A stretch of 64,000 nucleotides of DNA, taken from assembly GCA_017634975.1 (NCBI GenBank), contig JAGBMJ010000006.1, positions 3,901 to 67,900 of the forward strand. The letters are read 5' to 3'. The translations under genes and the position numbers were made by a program. Source of the stretch: Lachnospiraceae bacterium. GTDB taxonomy: Bacteria; Bacillota; Clostridia; Lachnospirales; Lachnospiraceae. Within the stretch, counting starts at the first letter, position 1. Each line of letters opens with the position of its first letter. Under the pieces are notes generated by a model that was not told the DNA's origin, did no database searches, and saw only the letters and a list, made by a program, of their open reading frames with translations. Positions 10,313-21,447 of the stretch are shown piece by piece.

Positions 10313-11116
10313 TTAGTTTTGTCGAAATGCCTTGCAGAATTCCAGTACCTCCGTAAAGTGCATTGTCCCGCCAAACAGATCAAGTGCGGAACCTACCGTC
10401 ACATTGACACGCCCATGCCCAAGTTCTGCCAGACGCATCAGATCATCAAAACTGTGAACGCCTCCTGCATAAGTCACCGGCACTCCCTTATAGGTTCCGA
10501 GGATCCCTGCCACATCCGTCTCGATCCCCGACGCTTTTCCCTCTACGTCTACTGCATGGATCAGATACTCCGCAGCGTATCGTTCCGAATCCTCCAGCAG
10601 TTCCGCATTCATTACCGTATCGGTATACCTGCTCCACCGGTCAGTCACAATGTAGTAATCCGTATCCGCCGGATCATCCCATTTTCTTCTGCAGGAAAAA
10701 TCCAATACCAGATGCTCCCGTCCGACCGCCTGCACTATCCGATCCAGCCGTTCCCGGTCGATCTTCCCTCCCCGAAAAACATAGGACGTTACGATCACCT
10801 GCGCTGCCCCGGCATCCAGAAAATCCGCCGCATTCTCCGGCGTGATCCCGCCTCCCACCTGCAAACCTCCCGGATAAGCCCGTAAGGCCATCAGTGCCTG
10901 TTCTTTCGTCTCTTCATAGCCTTCTGTTCCGACGCCGTTCAGCAGTATCACGTGTCCTCCCCGGATCCCCTGTTCCTGATAAAATCGTGCATACCAGGCC
11001 GCATCCTGTTCTGCCACAAAATTTTCTGCCGCGGTCGTTCCATTCAGGGAACCGCCTATGATCTGCTTTACTTTTCCATTATGAATATCTATGCAGGGTC
11101 TGAATTCCATCTCCAC
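10313..11116 (-). CDS. hisA: ProFAR isomerase, eukaryotic (His6)-type HisA
   Basis: FRPCIDIHNGKVKQIIGG, LQVGGGI, HAVDVEG, VTYAGG. Confidence 0.92.
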   Translation of the reverse strand: MEMEFRPCIDIHNGKVKQIIGGSLNGTTAAENFVAEQDAAWYARFYQEQGIRGGHVILLNGVGTEGYEETKEQALMALRAYPGGLQVGGGITPENAADFLDAGAAQVIVTSYVFRGGKIDRERLDRIVQAVGREHLVLDFSCRRKWDDPADTDYYIVTDRWSRYTDTVMNAELLEDSERYAAEYLIHAVDVEGKASGIETDVAGILGTYKGVPVTYAGGVHSFDDLMRLAELGHGRVNVTVGSALDLFGGTMHFTEVLEFCKAFRQN

Positions 11117-11186
11117 TCTCCGTTTTCATAAAAGAGGCCGTCCGCAGATATGCGTAACGGCCCGTAATACCATCAAAAACCTTTTT

Positions 11187-11945
11187 TTAACCGATCACAT
11201 CCGACATATCATACAGACCGGCCGGCTTACCCGCCAGGAATTTGGCCGCCTCGATCGCCCCTTTTCCAAACACTGCTTTGGAGTATGCTCTGTGCGAGAA
11301 CGTGATCACTTCATCCGCTCCGGCAAAGATCACATCATGATCGCCCACGATCGTCCCCCCGCGAACCGCCGAAATTCCAAGCTCCTTCTTTTCTCTCTTC
11401 TTGCGCACCTGACTGCGGTCATATACATATTCATATTGGCCGTTCATCTCCTCGTTGATCGCATCTGCCAGTGCAAGAGCCGTCCCGGAAGGTGCATCCA
11501 ATTTCAGGTTATGATGCTTCTCTACGATCTCGATATCAAAACCCGCCGGTGCAAGCGTCGCCGCTGCCTCTTTCAACAGTTTGAGCATGGTATTGATCCC
11601 CAAAGACATATTGGCCGATTTTAATACTGCCACTTTCTGCGTACTTGTTTTGGTCGCACGTGCAACCTGCACCTCACTCAGTCCCGTAGAACAGAGCACC
11701 ACCGGCATCTTCTTCTCCTCACACCAGTCCAGCAATGCATCAATCGCTGCCGCATTAGAGAAGTCGATCACTACATCCGCTTCCACATCACACTCCGTGA
11801 TCTTTGAAAAGACCGGATACTCATTGTGAATATGATCCGATACATCGATCCCCGCTACGATCTGTGCATCCGGATCCTCTTTTACCAGATTGGTAATGGT
11901 CTGCCCCATCTTTCCGTTGCAGCCATGCATAATGATTCTTGTCAT
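11187..11945 (-). CDS. dapB: 4-hydroxy-tetrahydrodipicolinate reductase
   Basis: GCNGKMG, EKHHNLKLDAPSGTA. Confidence 0.97.
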   Translation of the reverse strand: MTRIIMHGCNGKMGQTITNLVKEDPDAQIVAGIDVSDHIHNEYPVFSKITECDVEADVVIDFSNAAAIDALLDWCEEKKMPVVLCSTGLSEVQVARATKTSTQKVAVLKSANMSLGINTMLKLLKEAAATLAPAGFDIEIVEKHHNLKLDAPSGTALALADAINEEMNGQYEYVYDRSQVRKKREKKELGISAVRGGTIVGDHDVIFAGADEVITFSHRAYSKAVFGKGAIEAAKFLAGKPAGLYDMSDVIG

Positions 11946-11975
11946 ATCTTTACATCTCCTTCATTTCAAGCCTGA

Positions 11976-12863
11976 TCACAGAATCCCGAATTTCTTCATC
12001 TCTGCTTCCAATACTGCTGCATGCTCCGGCTCCATTTCCGTCAACGGTCTGCGTAACACACCGGTGCAGTGTCCCATCAATTCTTCTGCCTTCTTGACCG
12101 GGATCGGATTCACTTCACAGAACAGCGCATTGATCAAAGCCAGTGCCTTCAGCTGGATCGCACGGCTGCCGGCTACATCCCCGTCGAAGAATTTCTGACA
12201 CATCTCATGCGTCTCCTTCGGTGCTACATTGGATAATACCGAGATCACACCTTTTCCGCCCAGGGATAACAACGGCACTACCTGGTCATCATTTCCGGAA
12301 TACAGATCCACATCATCCCCGGCGATACTCATCAGCTTCGCCACCTGGGAGATATTGCCTGTTGCATCCTTTACTCCGACAATATTGGAAACCTCACGGC
12401 AAAGCGATACGATGGTTTCCGGCAGGATATTCACGCCGCCGGTACGTCCCGGGATATTATACAGAATGATCGGCAGCTTTACGCTGTTGGCGACCATCGT
12501 AAAGTGTTCCTTCAAACCTTTCTGTGTTGCCTTGTTATAATACGGGGTTACCACCAGCAATGCATCCGCCCCTCTTTTCTCTGCTTCCTGTGACAGATAG
12601 ATCGCGGTTTCCGTGCAGTTGGAACCGGTTCCTGCGATCACCGGAATCCTCTTATTCACGTACTTCACACAAGCCTCGATCACATCCAAATGCTCCTCGT
12701 GTGTCAATGTCGAGGCCTCACCGGTCGTTCCGCATACGATGATCGCATCGGTTCCGTTTGCAATCTGGAACTCAATGTTCTTTTCGAACTGCTCGTAATC
12801 CACCGAACCATCCGCTTTGAATGGTGTTGTGATCGCTACACCTGCTCCTGTAAATACTGCCAT
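11976..12863 (-). CDS. dapA: 4-hydroxy-tetrahydrodipicolinate synthase
   Basis: GTTGE, TPYYNK, YNIPGRTG, GVKDATG. Confidence 0.97.
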   Translation of the reverse strand: MAVFTGAGVAITTPFKADGSVDYEQFEKNIEFQIANGTDAIIVCGTTGEASTLTHEEHLDVIEACVKYVNKRIPVIAGTGSNCTETAIYLSQEAEKRGADALLVVTPYYNKATQKGLKEHFTMVANSVKLPIILYNIPGRTGGVNILPETIVSLCREVSNIVGVKDATGNISQVAKLMSIAGDDVDLYSGNDDQVVPLLSLGGKGVISVLSNVAPKETHEMCQKFFDGDVAGSRAIQLKALALINALFCEVNPIPVKKAEELMGHCTGVLRRPLTEMEPEHAAVLEAEMKKFGIL

Positions 12864-12896
12864 TTTCTTTTCCTCCTATTAATTCTGTAATGGCAC

Positions 12897-12964
12897 GATT
12901 CGTAAACGAATCCTGCCCGCACGGTCGGTGCGATGCAAGATTATGACTTCGTCATAATCGCACC
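12897..12964. repeat. Nested palindromic (REP-like) element in the dapA leader
   Basis: gattcgt-aa-acgaatc; gattatgac-ttc-gtcataatc within ggtgcgat...atcgcacc. Confidence 0.5.
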
Positions 12965-13006
12965 TCCCTATGCATTTTTTGCGTTGGGAAACGTTTTTCG
13001 GAAATG

Positions 13007-13029
13007 AAAAGCCGACATGATATGCCGGC
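13007..13029 (-). terminator. Riboswitch expression-platform terminator
   Basis: gccggcat-atc-atgtcggc-tttt on the minus strand just 3' of the aptamer. Confidence 0.6.
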
Positions 13030-13045
13030 GTATCTTTCAAAATCT

Positions 13046-13210
13046 GATAGCGCCCCATCTTGTGTAAGATGACAGTGATACCGGTATTTCCGGCATCCCC
13101 AAGGCAAACCTTACGGTATCGGTTCCCTTTCGGCGGTCTTCCCTTTCTTCTGCCTTCTCCTGTTTTCCGAACATCCGGCAGCTTACTGATGAAACCCGCA
13201 ACCTCTATCT
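13046..13210 (-). ncRNA. Lysine riboswitch (L-box)
   Basis: Minus strand GATAGAGGTTGCG...AGTAA...GAAAGGG...CGCCGAA...TGGG...ACTGTC...GCGCTATC, upstream of dapA-dapB. Confidence 0.92.
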
Positions 13211-13232
13211 TTGTTTATCTGTTGTAAATGTT

Positions 13233-13261
13233 ACTATAGCACTACACTCAACCCATGTCAA
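13233..13261 (-). promoter_or_regulatory. SigA promoter of the dapA-dapB operon
   Basis: TTGACA-17 nt-TATAGT with extended TG. Confidence 0.8.
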
Positions 13262-13301
13262 CGCTTTTCTTTTTTCCGTAGAATGCTTCCATAGAATGCC
13301 G

Positions 13302-14327
13302 TTATTTGATCTGTTTTCTGTATTTTTCGGAATCCCAGTTCAGCAGATAGTCCATTTCCTGTTCCGAAAGCATTTCACATTCATATCCGGTATTCATCGC
13401 CATCACCTGCGCACTGAAACTCATCACACTTTGTATTTCCAACGCTTTTTTAACACCGTCTGCCAGGATATAAAGCCGGCTGTTATATTCAACCACTACC
13501 GGCATTCCATAGCGTTCACAAAACAGTTCAATATCCTTTTGCGAAAACTGCTTCTGTAATTTCAGAAATTTCTTTCCCAAAAAGACTACACAATCCGGGC
13601 AAAATGCGTGCTCCCATCCCCCCTGTCTGTTGTAGGTATTCAAAATATTGCTATCCGTAACCTTCCACACGATTTTATCCGGAAATCGGTTCCACAGAAT
13701 CGTCAGATCGTGATATCCCTCCTGGTCCTTTCCGAGATACACTTCTATTTTTCTTGTCACTTCCTCCGTTTTTTCGATAACAGCATCCGCATTATCCGCG
13801 CTTACCACCAGCCCATGATTTTGCAGAAAAACAATCTCCGGCAAACGACTCTGCCCTAAATCCTTAAATGCCCTGTAATATGCCTTTGCCAGTTCGATCC
13901 CCGGTGTAGCATACGGCACAAGCATTGCTTCCGGAAATAATTCTTTCAGCACTTCCATACCGCCTTTTCTACAGGTAAGCACATTCACTACGACCGGATG
14001 CGTGTGAAGCGTATATCTCCCCGATATCGAATGCAAAAAGGTTTCTATCGAAGGCCTTTTTCCGCTAATGAGCGTCTGTTCGAGAATCCGTTTTCCATCC
14101 TGTTCCGTTAAAAGCTCCGGATCCTTACAGTTCATAAAGAACTCTTCAATCGCTTTGTGATCGACCTTCGCATAACCGGTCTCTTCGGTAATATCAGAAA
14201 GCTGATAACCCGATGCTTTAATGATCATTTGTGTATCGGAAATCTTAAATGAAGTATTTCCCCCTCCTGCCTGTACGAGATCCTCCCGCATTCCGGCATA
14301 TCTTGAAATCTTAACAAATCCTTTCAT
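13302..14327 (-). CDS. Class II aldolase/adducin family protein
   Basis: QAGGGNTS, KASG, RPSIETFLH, HTHP, LQNHGL zinc motifs. Confidence 0.9.
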   Translation of the reverse strand: MKGFVKISRYAGMREDLVQAGGGNTSFKISDTQMIIKASGYQLSDITEETGYAKVDHKAIEEFFMNCKDPELLTEQDGKRILEQTLISGKRPSIETFLHSISGRYTLHTHPVVVNVLTCRKGGMEVLKELFPEAMLVPYATPGIELAKAYYRAFKDLGQSRLPEIVFLQNHGLVVSADNADAVIEKTEEVTRKIEVYLGKDQEGYHDLTILWNRFPDKIVWKVTDSNILNTYNRQGGWEHAFCPDCVVFLGKKFLKLQKQFSQKDIELFCERYGMPVVVEYNSRLYILADGVKKALEIQSVMSFSAQVMAMNTGYECEMLSEQEMDYLLNWDSEKYRKQIK

Positions 14328-16507
14328 TCTGCTTCTTTCTCCTGTTTCCTTTTATTCCAAACCAATCCAACTAACAGCATTGACAGTACTACAAGTGAAC
14401 CAAGCATTCCATAATACAGAACCAGGTGATCTGCAATATTTCCATATCTTATCACCAGCTCCTTGCCCCTCATAGCTTGCTCCATAACGATCTTTATATC
14501 TCCGTTATCATCCCGAAGAATCGGAATCTCTTTTTTTCTACCATCATCGAGCCAATAAGCCTTGAGATCCTTGTTATAAGAAAAGCGGATCCTGAGAAAA
14601 TCTTCACAAAAGTTTTCATCAATATGAAACGTAAGCTGATCGATCAACCCGTTTTTCTCAACATCCGCTCCGTCACATATTCTTTCGGCATCCAATACAT
14701 ATATGCGAAAACCGTTTGATAATGTGATCACCTCCGCATCCATTCCGTATCCTTCTCTCAATATCCTGTGAAACAAATATTGTTCCTTTGAATCTTCACG
14801 GAACAGACAATACTTCACCGCATTTTCCTTCATCTGCGGTATGAAGCCGTTTTGAAACCAGATCTGCCCCTCCTCCGTCACTCCAACCAAGTCGCTGATC
14901 TTGACCTGGCCACTAATTGCGTAATCATCCACATATCCTCGGAATAGCTCCGACACGGAAGCATAGTTTTCTTTCATCAATGCTATTTCGTATCCCCCAA
15001 GAGCATAGCATCCAAAAAGAGTTGGATAATTCGCCCCCAAAAACGACGCTTCGTAATGATCTTCCCCATACGAGTTTTCTTCCGAACTCATTCCAAGTAA
15101 TCGGAAGTTTGCCAGATCGATGCCGTTACTCTCCATTTCAGTCTCGAGCTCATCATAGTTATCCACTCCGGATACCATCTTTTTCATGTTATCCTCATAC
15201 ATCCAGAAACCATGTCCTGTTGTAATAAACCGATTATTATATATGCCCAAGACAATCGAAAACACCGCGATCCATCTTCCTGCCCGCCAGTTTCGGTCTA
15301 TTACAAACGCCACCACCACTATGGATAGCGGTGCAATGACCAAGGCCAGTTTATAGAGCAGACGAAATTGATTGATCACCGGAATATGACTGATCACGTC
15401 CGCTACGATATAGCCTTTCCCACACTGAAACAGCCAAAAAAACAATGTACTGAAAAAAACGCAAGCCACAAATACTGCTCTTATATTTTGGGCGAACATC
15501 TCACGGTATTCTGCAGCTGTTTTTTTCTCTCTTCTTCCTATAACTGCTTTCTTTAACAAATAACATATAAATATACCGCAACAGATCACCACCCCCGGCA
15601 TAAACTGCTGATGATAATTTCCATAAGCTGACAATCCATGCAGGATCGGATGTTCTTCCAGCAGCCCCGCCGGTAATAGCGCATTGAATATCCAGCGTAT
15701 AAATGAAACTTTTCTCAGAAAAAAATCTTCCGCAAAAATGAATTCTTTCCTACGTGCTGATGCATTCAGCTGGTTCAATAATATTGGCGCCGAAAGAATC
15801 CCCCCAACCAAAATATTACTGAACAGATAGCGTGTTTTCTCATATCTTTTCGTGATGAATATGTAAAGAAACAAAATCAGTCCAAAGATCATATAATGAT
15901 AGACCGTATACTGTACATTTCCTAAAGTCAGACTGAAAAACAGCAGTAATCCGGCTGAAAAATAATTTCTTCGCTCCTGTGTTGTAATCTCCCTGTACAA
16001 CAGCAGCAAAAGAAACGGGATAACGATATAAGAGTTAAATGCATAGAACCAATATCCAAACCAGACAAAGGCAGAAACCGTGGTTCCCATAGTGATCACA
16101 AACAAACGTTTCACAAGAGAAATCTTCATTTGTTTAAACAGACAATTCCATCCCCAATTTCCCATCACCGTACAAATGATCCCATATAATGTTATGCAAT
16201 CAAATGATCTCAGAATACACTTTGTCAATCCCCACGACAAAAACATCAGGATGTTTGTCTGGCAGTAATATCCCTCATCGCCGATGGTCATTCCCTTCAT
16301 CTGAAAAAAATCGTAGAACGCCAGTCTGCCGGATCTCATAAAACTGCTATAAACCTGATCAATCACCGGATGAAACTGTACCGCATTATCATCTACAAGG
16401 AAAATATGACTCTGAAATCGTGTCTGGATCAGCATAATCAATACGCTGACACCGAAAACGATCAGCATATCGCATTTATCGATCTTTTCTCTTATTGTGT
16501 CTCTCAT
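14324..16507 (-). CDS. YfhO-like GT-C membrane protein
   Basis: 727 aa; LVDDNAVQFHP loop after TM1, many TMs, C-terminal extracellular domain plus TM; paralog of 19240..21447. Confidence 0.65.
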   Translation of the reverse strand: MRDTIREKIDKCDMLIVFGVSVLIMLIQTRFQSHIFLVDDNAVQFHPVIDQVYSSFMRSGRLAFYDFFQMKGMTIGDEGYYCQTNILMFLSWGLTKCILRSFDCITLYGIICTVMGNWGWNCLFKQMKISLVKRLFVITMGTTVSAFVWFGYWFYAFNSYIVIPFLLLLLYREITTQERRNYFSAGLLLFFSLTLGNVQYTVYHYMIFGLILFLYIFITKRYEKTRYLFSNILVGGILSAPILLNQLNASARRKEFIFAEDFFLRKVSFIRWIFNALLPAGLLEEHPILHGLSAYGNYHQQFMPGVVICCGIFICYLLKKAVIGRREKKTAAEYREMFAQNIRAVFVACVFFSTLFFWLFQCGKGYIVADVISHIPVINQFRLLYKLALVIAPLSIVVVAFVIDRNWRAGRWIAVFSIVLGIYNNRFITTGHGFWMYEDNMKKMVSGVDNYDELETEMESNGIDLANFRLLGMSSEENSYGEDHYEASFLGANYPTLFGCYALGGYEIALMKENYASVSELFRGYVDDYAISGQVKISDLVGVTEEGQIWFQNGFIPQMKENAVKYCLFREDSKEQYLFHRILREGYGMDAEVITLSNGFRIYVLDAERICDGADVEKNGLIDQLTFHIDENFCEDFLRIRFSYNKDLKAYWLDDGRKKEIPILRDDNGDIKIVMEQAMRGKELVIRYGNIADHLVLYYGMLGSLVVLSMLLVGLVWNKRKQEKEAE

Positions 16508-17771
16508 GTTTTTTCACCTGATTCTGTTTCTTATCATCCAAATCAGCAAATGGCAGAAGTAGAAAAATATTATAAGCCGGCTCAAGAATATGATGTTCCA
16601 TCATAAAATGCAACGCCAAAACAGCGAGGATATACATCTTAAATGTCTGTTTCTTCTTAAACAGGCGGTACTGCGACCACAGGATTAATCCAAGGATCAG
16701 GAGAAATGCGATCCATCCATACATTAGAAGCACTCTGGCATAAGAAGAGTCCAAAAACTCATAATACCCGGTATTCTTAAATGTATTACCTTCTACCCAA
16801 TAGTTTTCATAATAATTTCCAAATGGAGTGATCCCGATCACCCCCATAACCCGGTTCGCATTTTCAAGTCGGTTTCTTAAAGAATCCAGAACATGGATCC
16901 GGTTGTAGAACATCTCCGGCGCAGGACTATACGTAAACATCAGAAACATATAAAAAGTCACTGCCACGGGGTAAGCCATCATCAATATGCCTCTCCATAT
17001 TTTTAAAATCTTTTCCGGTATATTCCAATGCTTTTTTTCAATCAAGGTGTACACAAGGCATCCTGAAGTCCCCAGAAAAACAGAAAGAAAAGACGTTCTC
17101 CCATCCACAAACACCAGATTGAGAGCAGTCAATATACCGATCACAACATATGCCCACCACTTCATTCTTCCATTTTTTACAAAAATGTACGCCATGATCA
17201 CAAATCCAACGTGACCGGCAAGGTTCGTCGGGCCCAATGTTCCAAATGAATGCCGGATTCTTCCGTCACGTTCCAAAGTCCGTTCCGGGATCACTCCAAG
17301 CAGATTCATGATGACTGTAAATACCATGATCCCGCCGGCCAATATGATACCGTAATGAAATATCTTTTTGTAATCTTTTTTATAGGATGCCACGATCATC
17401 GACATATCCCTGAAAATGTAAGTATCATTCTGCTCCCGCATCCTTAATGAATAATACCATCCCAAGATCAACATGACGGAGAGGATGAGCTTTTCCTTCC
17501 CGTTTTCTGTTTTCATCAAAATATTATAGATTGCCGGGATAATGATCAGAAAACGCAAATTCACCATCGTCTGATACAGCATAGCTGCCAATTCCGGGGA
17601 TGTATTTTGGAACAGACCCGCATACCATTGCGTAAAATACCCCAAAAAAAATGTAGAACCTAACAATTCATATATTAGAATGAACGTCAGAAAAAACCAG
17701 TACATTTTATCTACCGGTTTTTCATATTTTTTTAATTCTTCCTTTAAATCTGTTTTTTTCTCCATTACCAT
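16476..17771 (-). CDS. Wzy/O-antigen-ligase-like polymerase
   Basis: ERDGRIRHSFG, DGRTS, FLDSSY, HFMMEHH. Confidence 0.65.
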   Translation of the reverse strand: MVMEKKTDLKEELKKYEKPVDKMYWFFLTFILIYELLGSTFFLGYFTQWYAGLFQNTSPELAAMLYQTMVNLRFLIIIPAIYNILMKTENGKEKLILSVMLILGWYYSLRMREQNDTYIFRDMSMIVASYKKDYKKIFHYGIILAGGIMVFTVIMNLLGVIPERTLERDGRIRHSFGTLGPTNLAGHVGFVIMAYIFVKNGRMKWWAYVVIGILTALNLVFVDGRTSFLSVFLGTSGCLVYTLIEKKHWNIPEKILKIWRGILMMAYPVAVTFYMFLMFTYSPAPEMFYNRIHVLDSLRNRLENANRVMGVIGITPFGNYYENYWVEGNTFKNTGYYEFLDSSYARVLLMYGWIAFLLILGLILWSQYRLFKKKQTFKMYILAVLALHFMMEHHILEPAYNIFLLLPFADLDDKKQNQVKKHERHNKRKDR

Positions 17772-17924
17772 AACTCAAATTCTCCCAAACTTCACTCAAC
17801 ACGCATTTAACATTTCATTTCTGCAAAATATATATTTCCGGCATAACTGATTTAAATCATCTTCGGTAATTGCAGATAACTTATTTCATAAACCGCAGAT
17901 TATGGCACACAAGGCATCAGTTTC

Positions 17925-18524
17925 CTATTTATCTGCTTTCCAGATTTTTATATTGTGTTTTTTAGTACAGATCGCATCCATGATCATGCCTTTCACAGCC
18001 AATTCCTTTTTATAACTCACCAGATCCTGCTCTCTCCCCTGCAACTCCGGTGACACAAAACAGATCTTATATCCCAGATTTTTCAGCTCATCATATTCCT
18101 TTTTTCCGATCGGAATCCGTGAAAAACAATCCAGCCAGATCCAATCCACTTTTCCTGCCATATTTCTCGCTGTATCGAGCCCCTCTGCCTCGGAGACACG
18201 AAGCGCTATATTCTTTTCCCCTGCCCTGCTCAGCAGCCAGATCATCGGAAAAGAAGAATCCAAAAAGAAATAAGATTTTATATCATAATACGGCAGCATC
18301 TCCAGGATCTTATGTTCAATCCTCTCACTTTTGATATTCAGGATCATCGTGCCATGATGATACGCCTTCAGATAGTCTTCAAAATCCTGTCCCGGTTCAA
18401 AAGGATTGTGTTGAATATAGATCCTTCCATTCAGATCATCCCTCAGATCCAGTTCCACTCCCCATTCCAAGGGAAGCTCTTTTAATTCCTCTAACGTATT
18501 TATTCTATGTGCAATATATTCCAT
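17925..18524 (-). CDS. PLC-like/GDPD-fold phosphodiesterase
   Basis: IAHRINT, GVELDLR, HNPF, ILNIK, SPEL, DAICTK. Confidence 0.75.
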   Translation of the reverse strand: MEYIAHRINTLEELKELPLEWGVELDLRDDLNGRIYIQHNPFEPGQDFEDYLKAYHHGTMILNIKSERIEHKILEMLPYYDIKSYFFLDSSFPMIWLLSRAGEKNIALRVSEAEGLDTARNMAGKVDWIWLDCFSRIPIGKKEYDELKNLGYKICFVSPELQGREQDLVSYKKELAVKGMIMDAICTKKHNIKIWKADK

Positions 18525-18541
18525 ATAATCCTCCGAGCAAT

Positions 18542-19243
18542 TCAATGCATCCGTTTTTTTAATTCAAAACTGAATTTGATCGTCCGTTTAATAAATTTCC
18601 ATTTTGATTTCAGTCCTTCATTATTCCATTTGGATTCACCATAAATCCGTTCCGGAAAACAGACTGGAAAGCGAACCAACCTTATTCCGGACCTGTGAGC
18701 CATATAAACCGCATACAGATCCAGTGAAAAATCATATGGCGGATCCACCCAGTCGTCAAAAAAGGCTCTTGGGAAAATGTTCGGCTGTGCATTTATGTCA
18801 TACATCGGCGTCTTGAAAAATATGGTTTCAAACACACTCATCCCCCAGGTAAAGAAACTGTCGAATGCAGGCCGCCCCTTGCGGTTGCCTTTTACAAAGA
18901 CACTTCTGTTTCCTGTTTTAATAATATACCTATATGCCTTAATCACATCTGCCGGATCCGTCTGCATGTCAGCATGGGTCCAACCGATATAATCACCCTC
19001 GGCAGACCTCAGTCCCTGCAGAATCCCATATCCGTACCCCTTATTTACAGGCACCAATACGGTCTTGGCAAACGGGTATTGCGGCAACAGTTCCTCGATA
19101 ACATGTGCACTATCATCCGTTGAGCCGTTATTGACCAAAATCACCTCTATATTGGATTTTTTTATTACCTCATCAAATCGCTGCAATATAAGTGGTATAT
19201 TTTTTTCTTCATTATAACATGGCACTACAATTGAAATCTTCAT
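18542..19243 (-). CDS. GT2 glycosyltransferase (polyprenol-phosphate glycosyltransferase-like)
   Basis: SIVVPCYNEE, NNGSTD, NKGYG, HADMQTDP, RIYGESKW. Confidence 0.88.
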   Translation of the reverse strand: MKISIVVPCYNEEKNIPLILQRFDEVIKKSNIEVILVNNGSTDDSAHVIEELLPQYPFAKTVLVPVNKGYGYGILQGLRSAEGDYIGWTHADMQTDPADVIKAYRYIIKTGNRSVFVKGNRKGRPAFDSFFTWGMSVFETIFFKTPMYDINAQPNIFPRAFFDDWVDPPYDFSLDLYAVYMAHRSGIRLVRFPVCFPERIYGESKWNNEGLKSKWKFIKRTIKFSFELKKRMH

Positions 19244-21447
19244 ACTTTTTCTACCGGATCCGCCGATCCATCGTCCCCTTTCCGAACAGATTGCAGAACA
19301 ACTATCATTGCTATTAATGCACCAACAATGCCATAATATAACAAAACATTATCTCCGATATTACCGTAGAAAATTACGATATCCGCGCCCTTAAGTTCAT
19401 CTTCCATTGGAATCAGAATATTCCCTTTCTCATCCTCCATAAGCTGTAGTTCTTTTTTTCCACCATTTACTACAGCATAGGATTTCAAGCCTTCATTTTT
19501 CGAGAAATTCACTCTCAAGAAATCTTTATCATAATCCTCGTTCACCCGGAATGTCAATTGGTCGATTGCTTTGCTTTCTGCCATATCAGCCCCTTCACAG
19601 AGTTTTGGTGCATCTTCCAAAACATAAATTCTATATCCATTGGATAATTGAACCGTTTGCGGAGTCGGCATACCATACACCCGTGTCACCATTTCCAAAA
19701 ATGATTTCTCTTCAACAACATCATTACGAAACATATAATATTTTGTCGCATTACTCATCATTGCGGCCAATATTTCGTTAATCAAAAAATTACCATCCTC
19801 CTTTTTTCTCAGTAATAAGCTGGCTCTGGCCTGTCCGCTCAATGAATAATCATAACCGATATCTATGAAGAACCCTTCTGTTGCCCTAAATCCTTTTTCC
19901 ATAGCCGCCATTTCATATCCCCCTAGCGAGTACATCCCAAACAAGGTAGGAAAATTAGCCGGTAAAAATCTGGCATCATAATGATCATCTCCAAATATAT
20001 CCATATCCGAACTCATTCCAAGAATCCGATAATTATTCAGATCAACTCCGGCTTGGGACAATTCCTGATGCATCTGCTCATACTCATAAATCCCATTAAC
20101 ACGTCTGCGCATTAATTCATTATACATCCAGGATTCATCACTTTTCATAATATACATATTCTGGACTATGCCCAATAAAACCGCAATACTACCCAAAAGC
20201 ATTCCTATACGCGTATATCTGTCGACTATATAGATGAAAGTTAGTGACATTAAAGGTGCAATTATTACTGAAAGCTTATCCAACAATCGAAATTGATTAA
20301 TAACCGGCAGGATATGGATCAAATCTGCAATTCCATACCCCTTTCCCGCTTGAAAAATAATAAAAAACCAAGTACAAATAAATCCACAACATAAAAAAAC
20401 AAGCTTGCTATCACACAACTCAATATCCATTTCAATCCCTGCAAATGGCTTTTGCATTCTCAACAATCGAAAGAGCCGCCTTAAAACAATCATCCCAAAT
20501 ATGAGAAAACAGCATATCATTCCCGGCATGAAAATCTGATTATTAACCCCAAAATCATCCATTATAACGGATATCTTACTTTTTTTTATGAGCCACCCCG
20601 GGAGCATCCCGTTCAACAACCAGTCCCGAAGTTTTATACTATTCCAAAAAAAAAGATCCACATCTCCAACGACATTATCTCTCCGCGTTGCAGCATTCAG
20701 CTGACTTACCAGAACTGGAGCTGACACCCCTACTCCAATAACTATATTACTTAGCATATCCCTCGCTTTTGCATAGCATTTTTTAATAATGATATACAAT
20801 AAAGCAACAATACCAAAAACCATATAATGATACACTGTAAACTGCACATTCCCCAGCATAAGACTAAAAAAAAGTACAAGTCCCGACAGATATGAATTGC
20901 ATTTTCTGTTTTCTGTAAGCATCTGACAGGTCGTAACTAAAAGAAACGGGATTATAATATAAGAATTAAAAGCATAATACCAATAACCAAAATAGATAAA
21001 TACTGATGATGTTGTTTCTAAAGATATCGCCAATAATCGCTTTTCAACGGAAAAACCCATTTTCCTAAACAACAAATTCCAGCCAAGATTACCAAACATA
21101 ACGCAAATAATCCCATATAATGTCAAGCAATCAAACCCTGGTAGAATGCTCTTAGTCAAAAACCACGACACAAACATAAGAATACTAGTTTGACAATAGT
21201 ATCCTTCATCTCCTATGATCATCCCCTTCATTTGAAAGAAATCATAAAAAGGTAACCGTCCGCTTATCAACCAGCTACTGTATACTTTATCTATAACCGG
21301 ATAAAACTGAATGGCATTATCATCCACCAAAAAAGCATGTCCATTAAAAAGCATCTGAATCAGCATTAGTAAAATACTAAAACCTGCCACAATACCCCAG
21401 TCCATTTTTTCAAACATATTTTTTACATTCTTTGCCGTTTCACACAT
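19240..21447 (-). CDS. YfhO-like GT-C membrane protein
   Basis: Paralog of 14324..16507 (LVDDNAIQFYP, FYDFFQMKGMIIGDEGYYCQT). Confidence 0.65.
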   Translation of the reverse strand: MCETAKNVKNMFEKMDWGIVAGFSILLMLIQMLFNGHAFLVDDNAIQFYPVIDKVYSSWLISGRLPFYDFFQMKGMIIGDEGYYCQTSILMFVSWFLTKSILPGFDCLTLYGIICVMFGNLGWNLLFRKMGFSVEKRLLAISLETTSSVFIYFGYWYYAFNSYIIIPFLLVTTCQMLTENRKCNSYLSGLVLFFSLMLGNVQFTVYHYMVFGIVALLYIIIKKCYAKARDMLSNIVIGVGVSAPVLVSQLNAATRRDNVVGDVDLFFWNSIKLRDWLLNGMLPGWLIKKSKISVIMDDFGVNNQIFMPGMICCFLIFGMIVLRRLFRLLRMQKPFAGIEMDIELCDSKLVFLCCGFICTWFFIIFQAGKGYGIADLIHILPVINQFRLLDKLSVIIAPLMSLTFIYIVDRYTRIGMLLGSIAVLLGIVQNMYIMKSDESWMYNELMRRRVNGIYEYEQMHQELSQAGVDLNNYRILGMSSDMDIFGDDHYDARFLPANFPTLFGMYSLGGYEMAAMEKGFRATEGFFIDIGYDYSLSGQARASLLLRKKEDGNFLINEILAAMMSNATKYYMFRNDVVEEKSFLEMVTRVYGMPTPQTVQLSNGYRIYVLEDAPKLCEGADMAESKAIDQLTFRVNEDYDKDFLRVNFSKNEGLKSYAVVNGGKKELQLMEDEKGNILIPMEDELKGADIVIFYGNIGDNVLLYYGIVGALIAMIVVLQSVRKGDDGSADPVEKV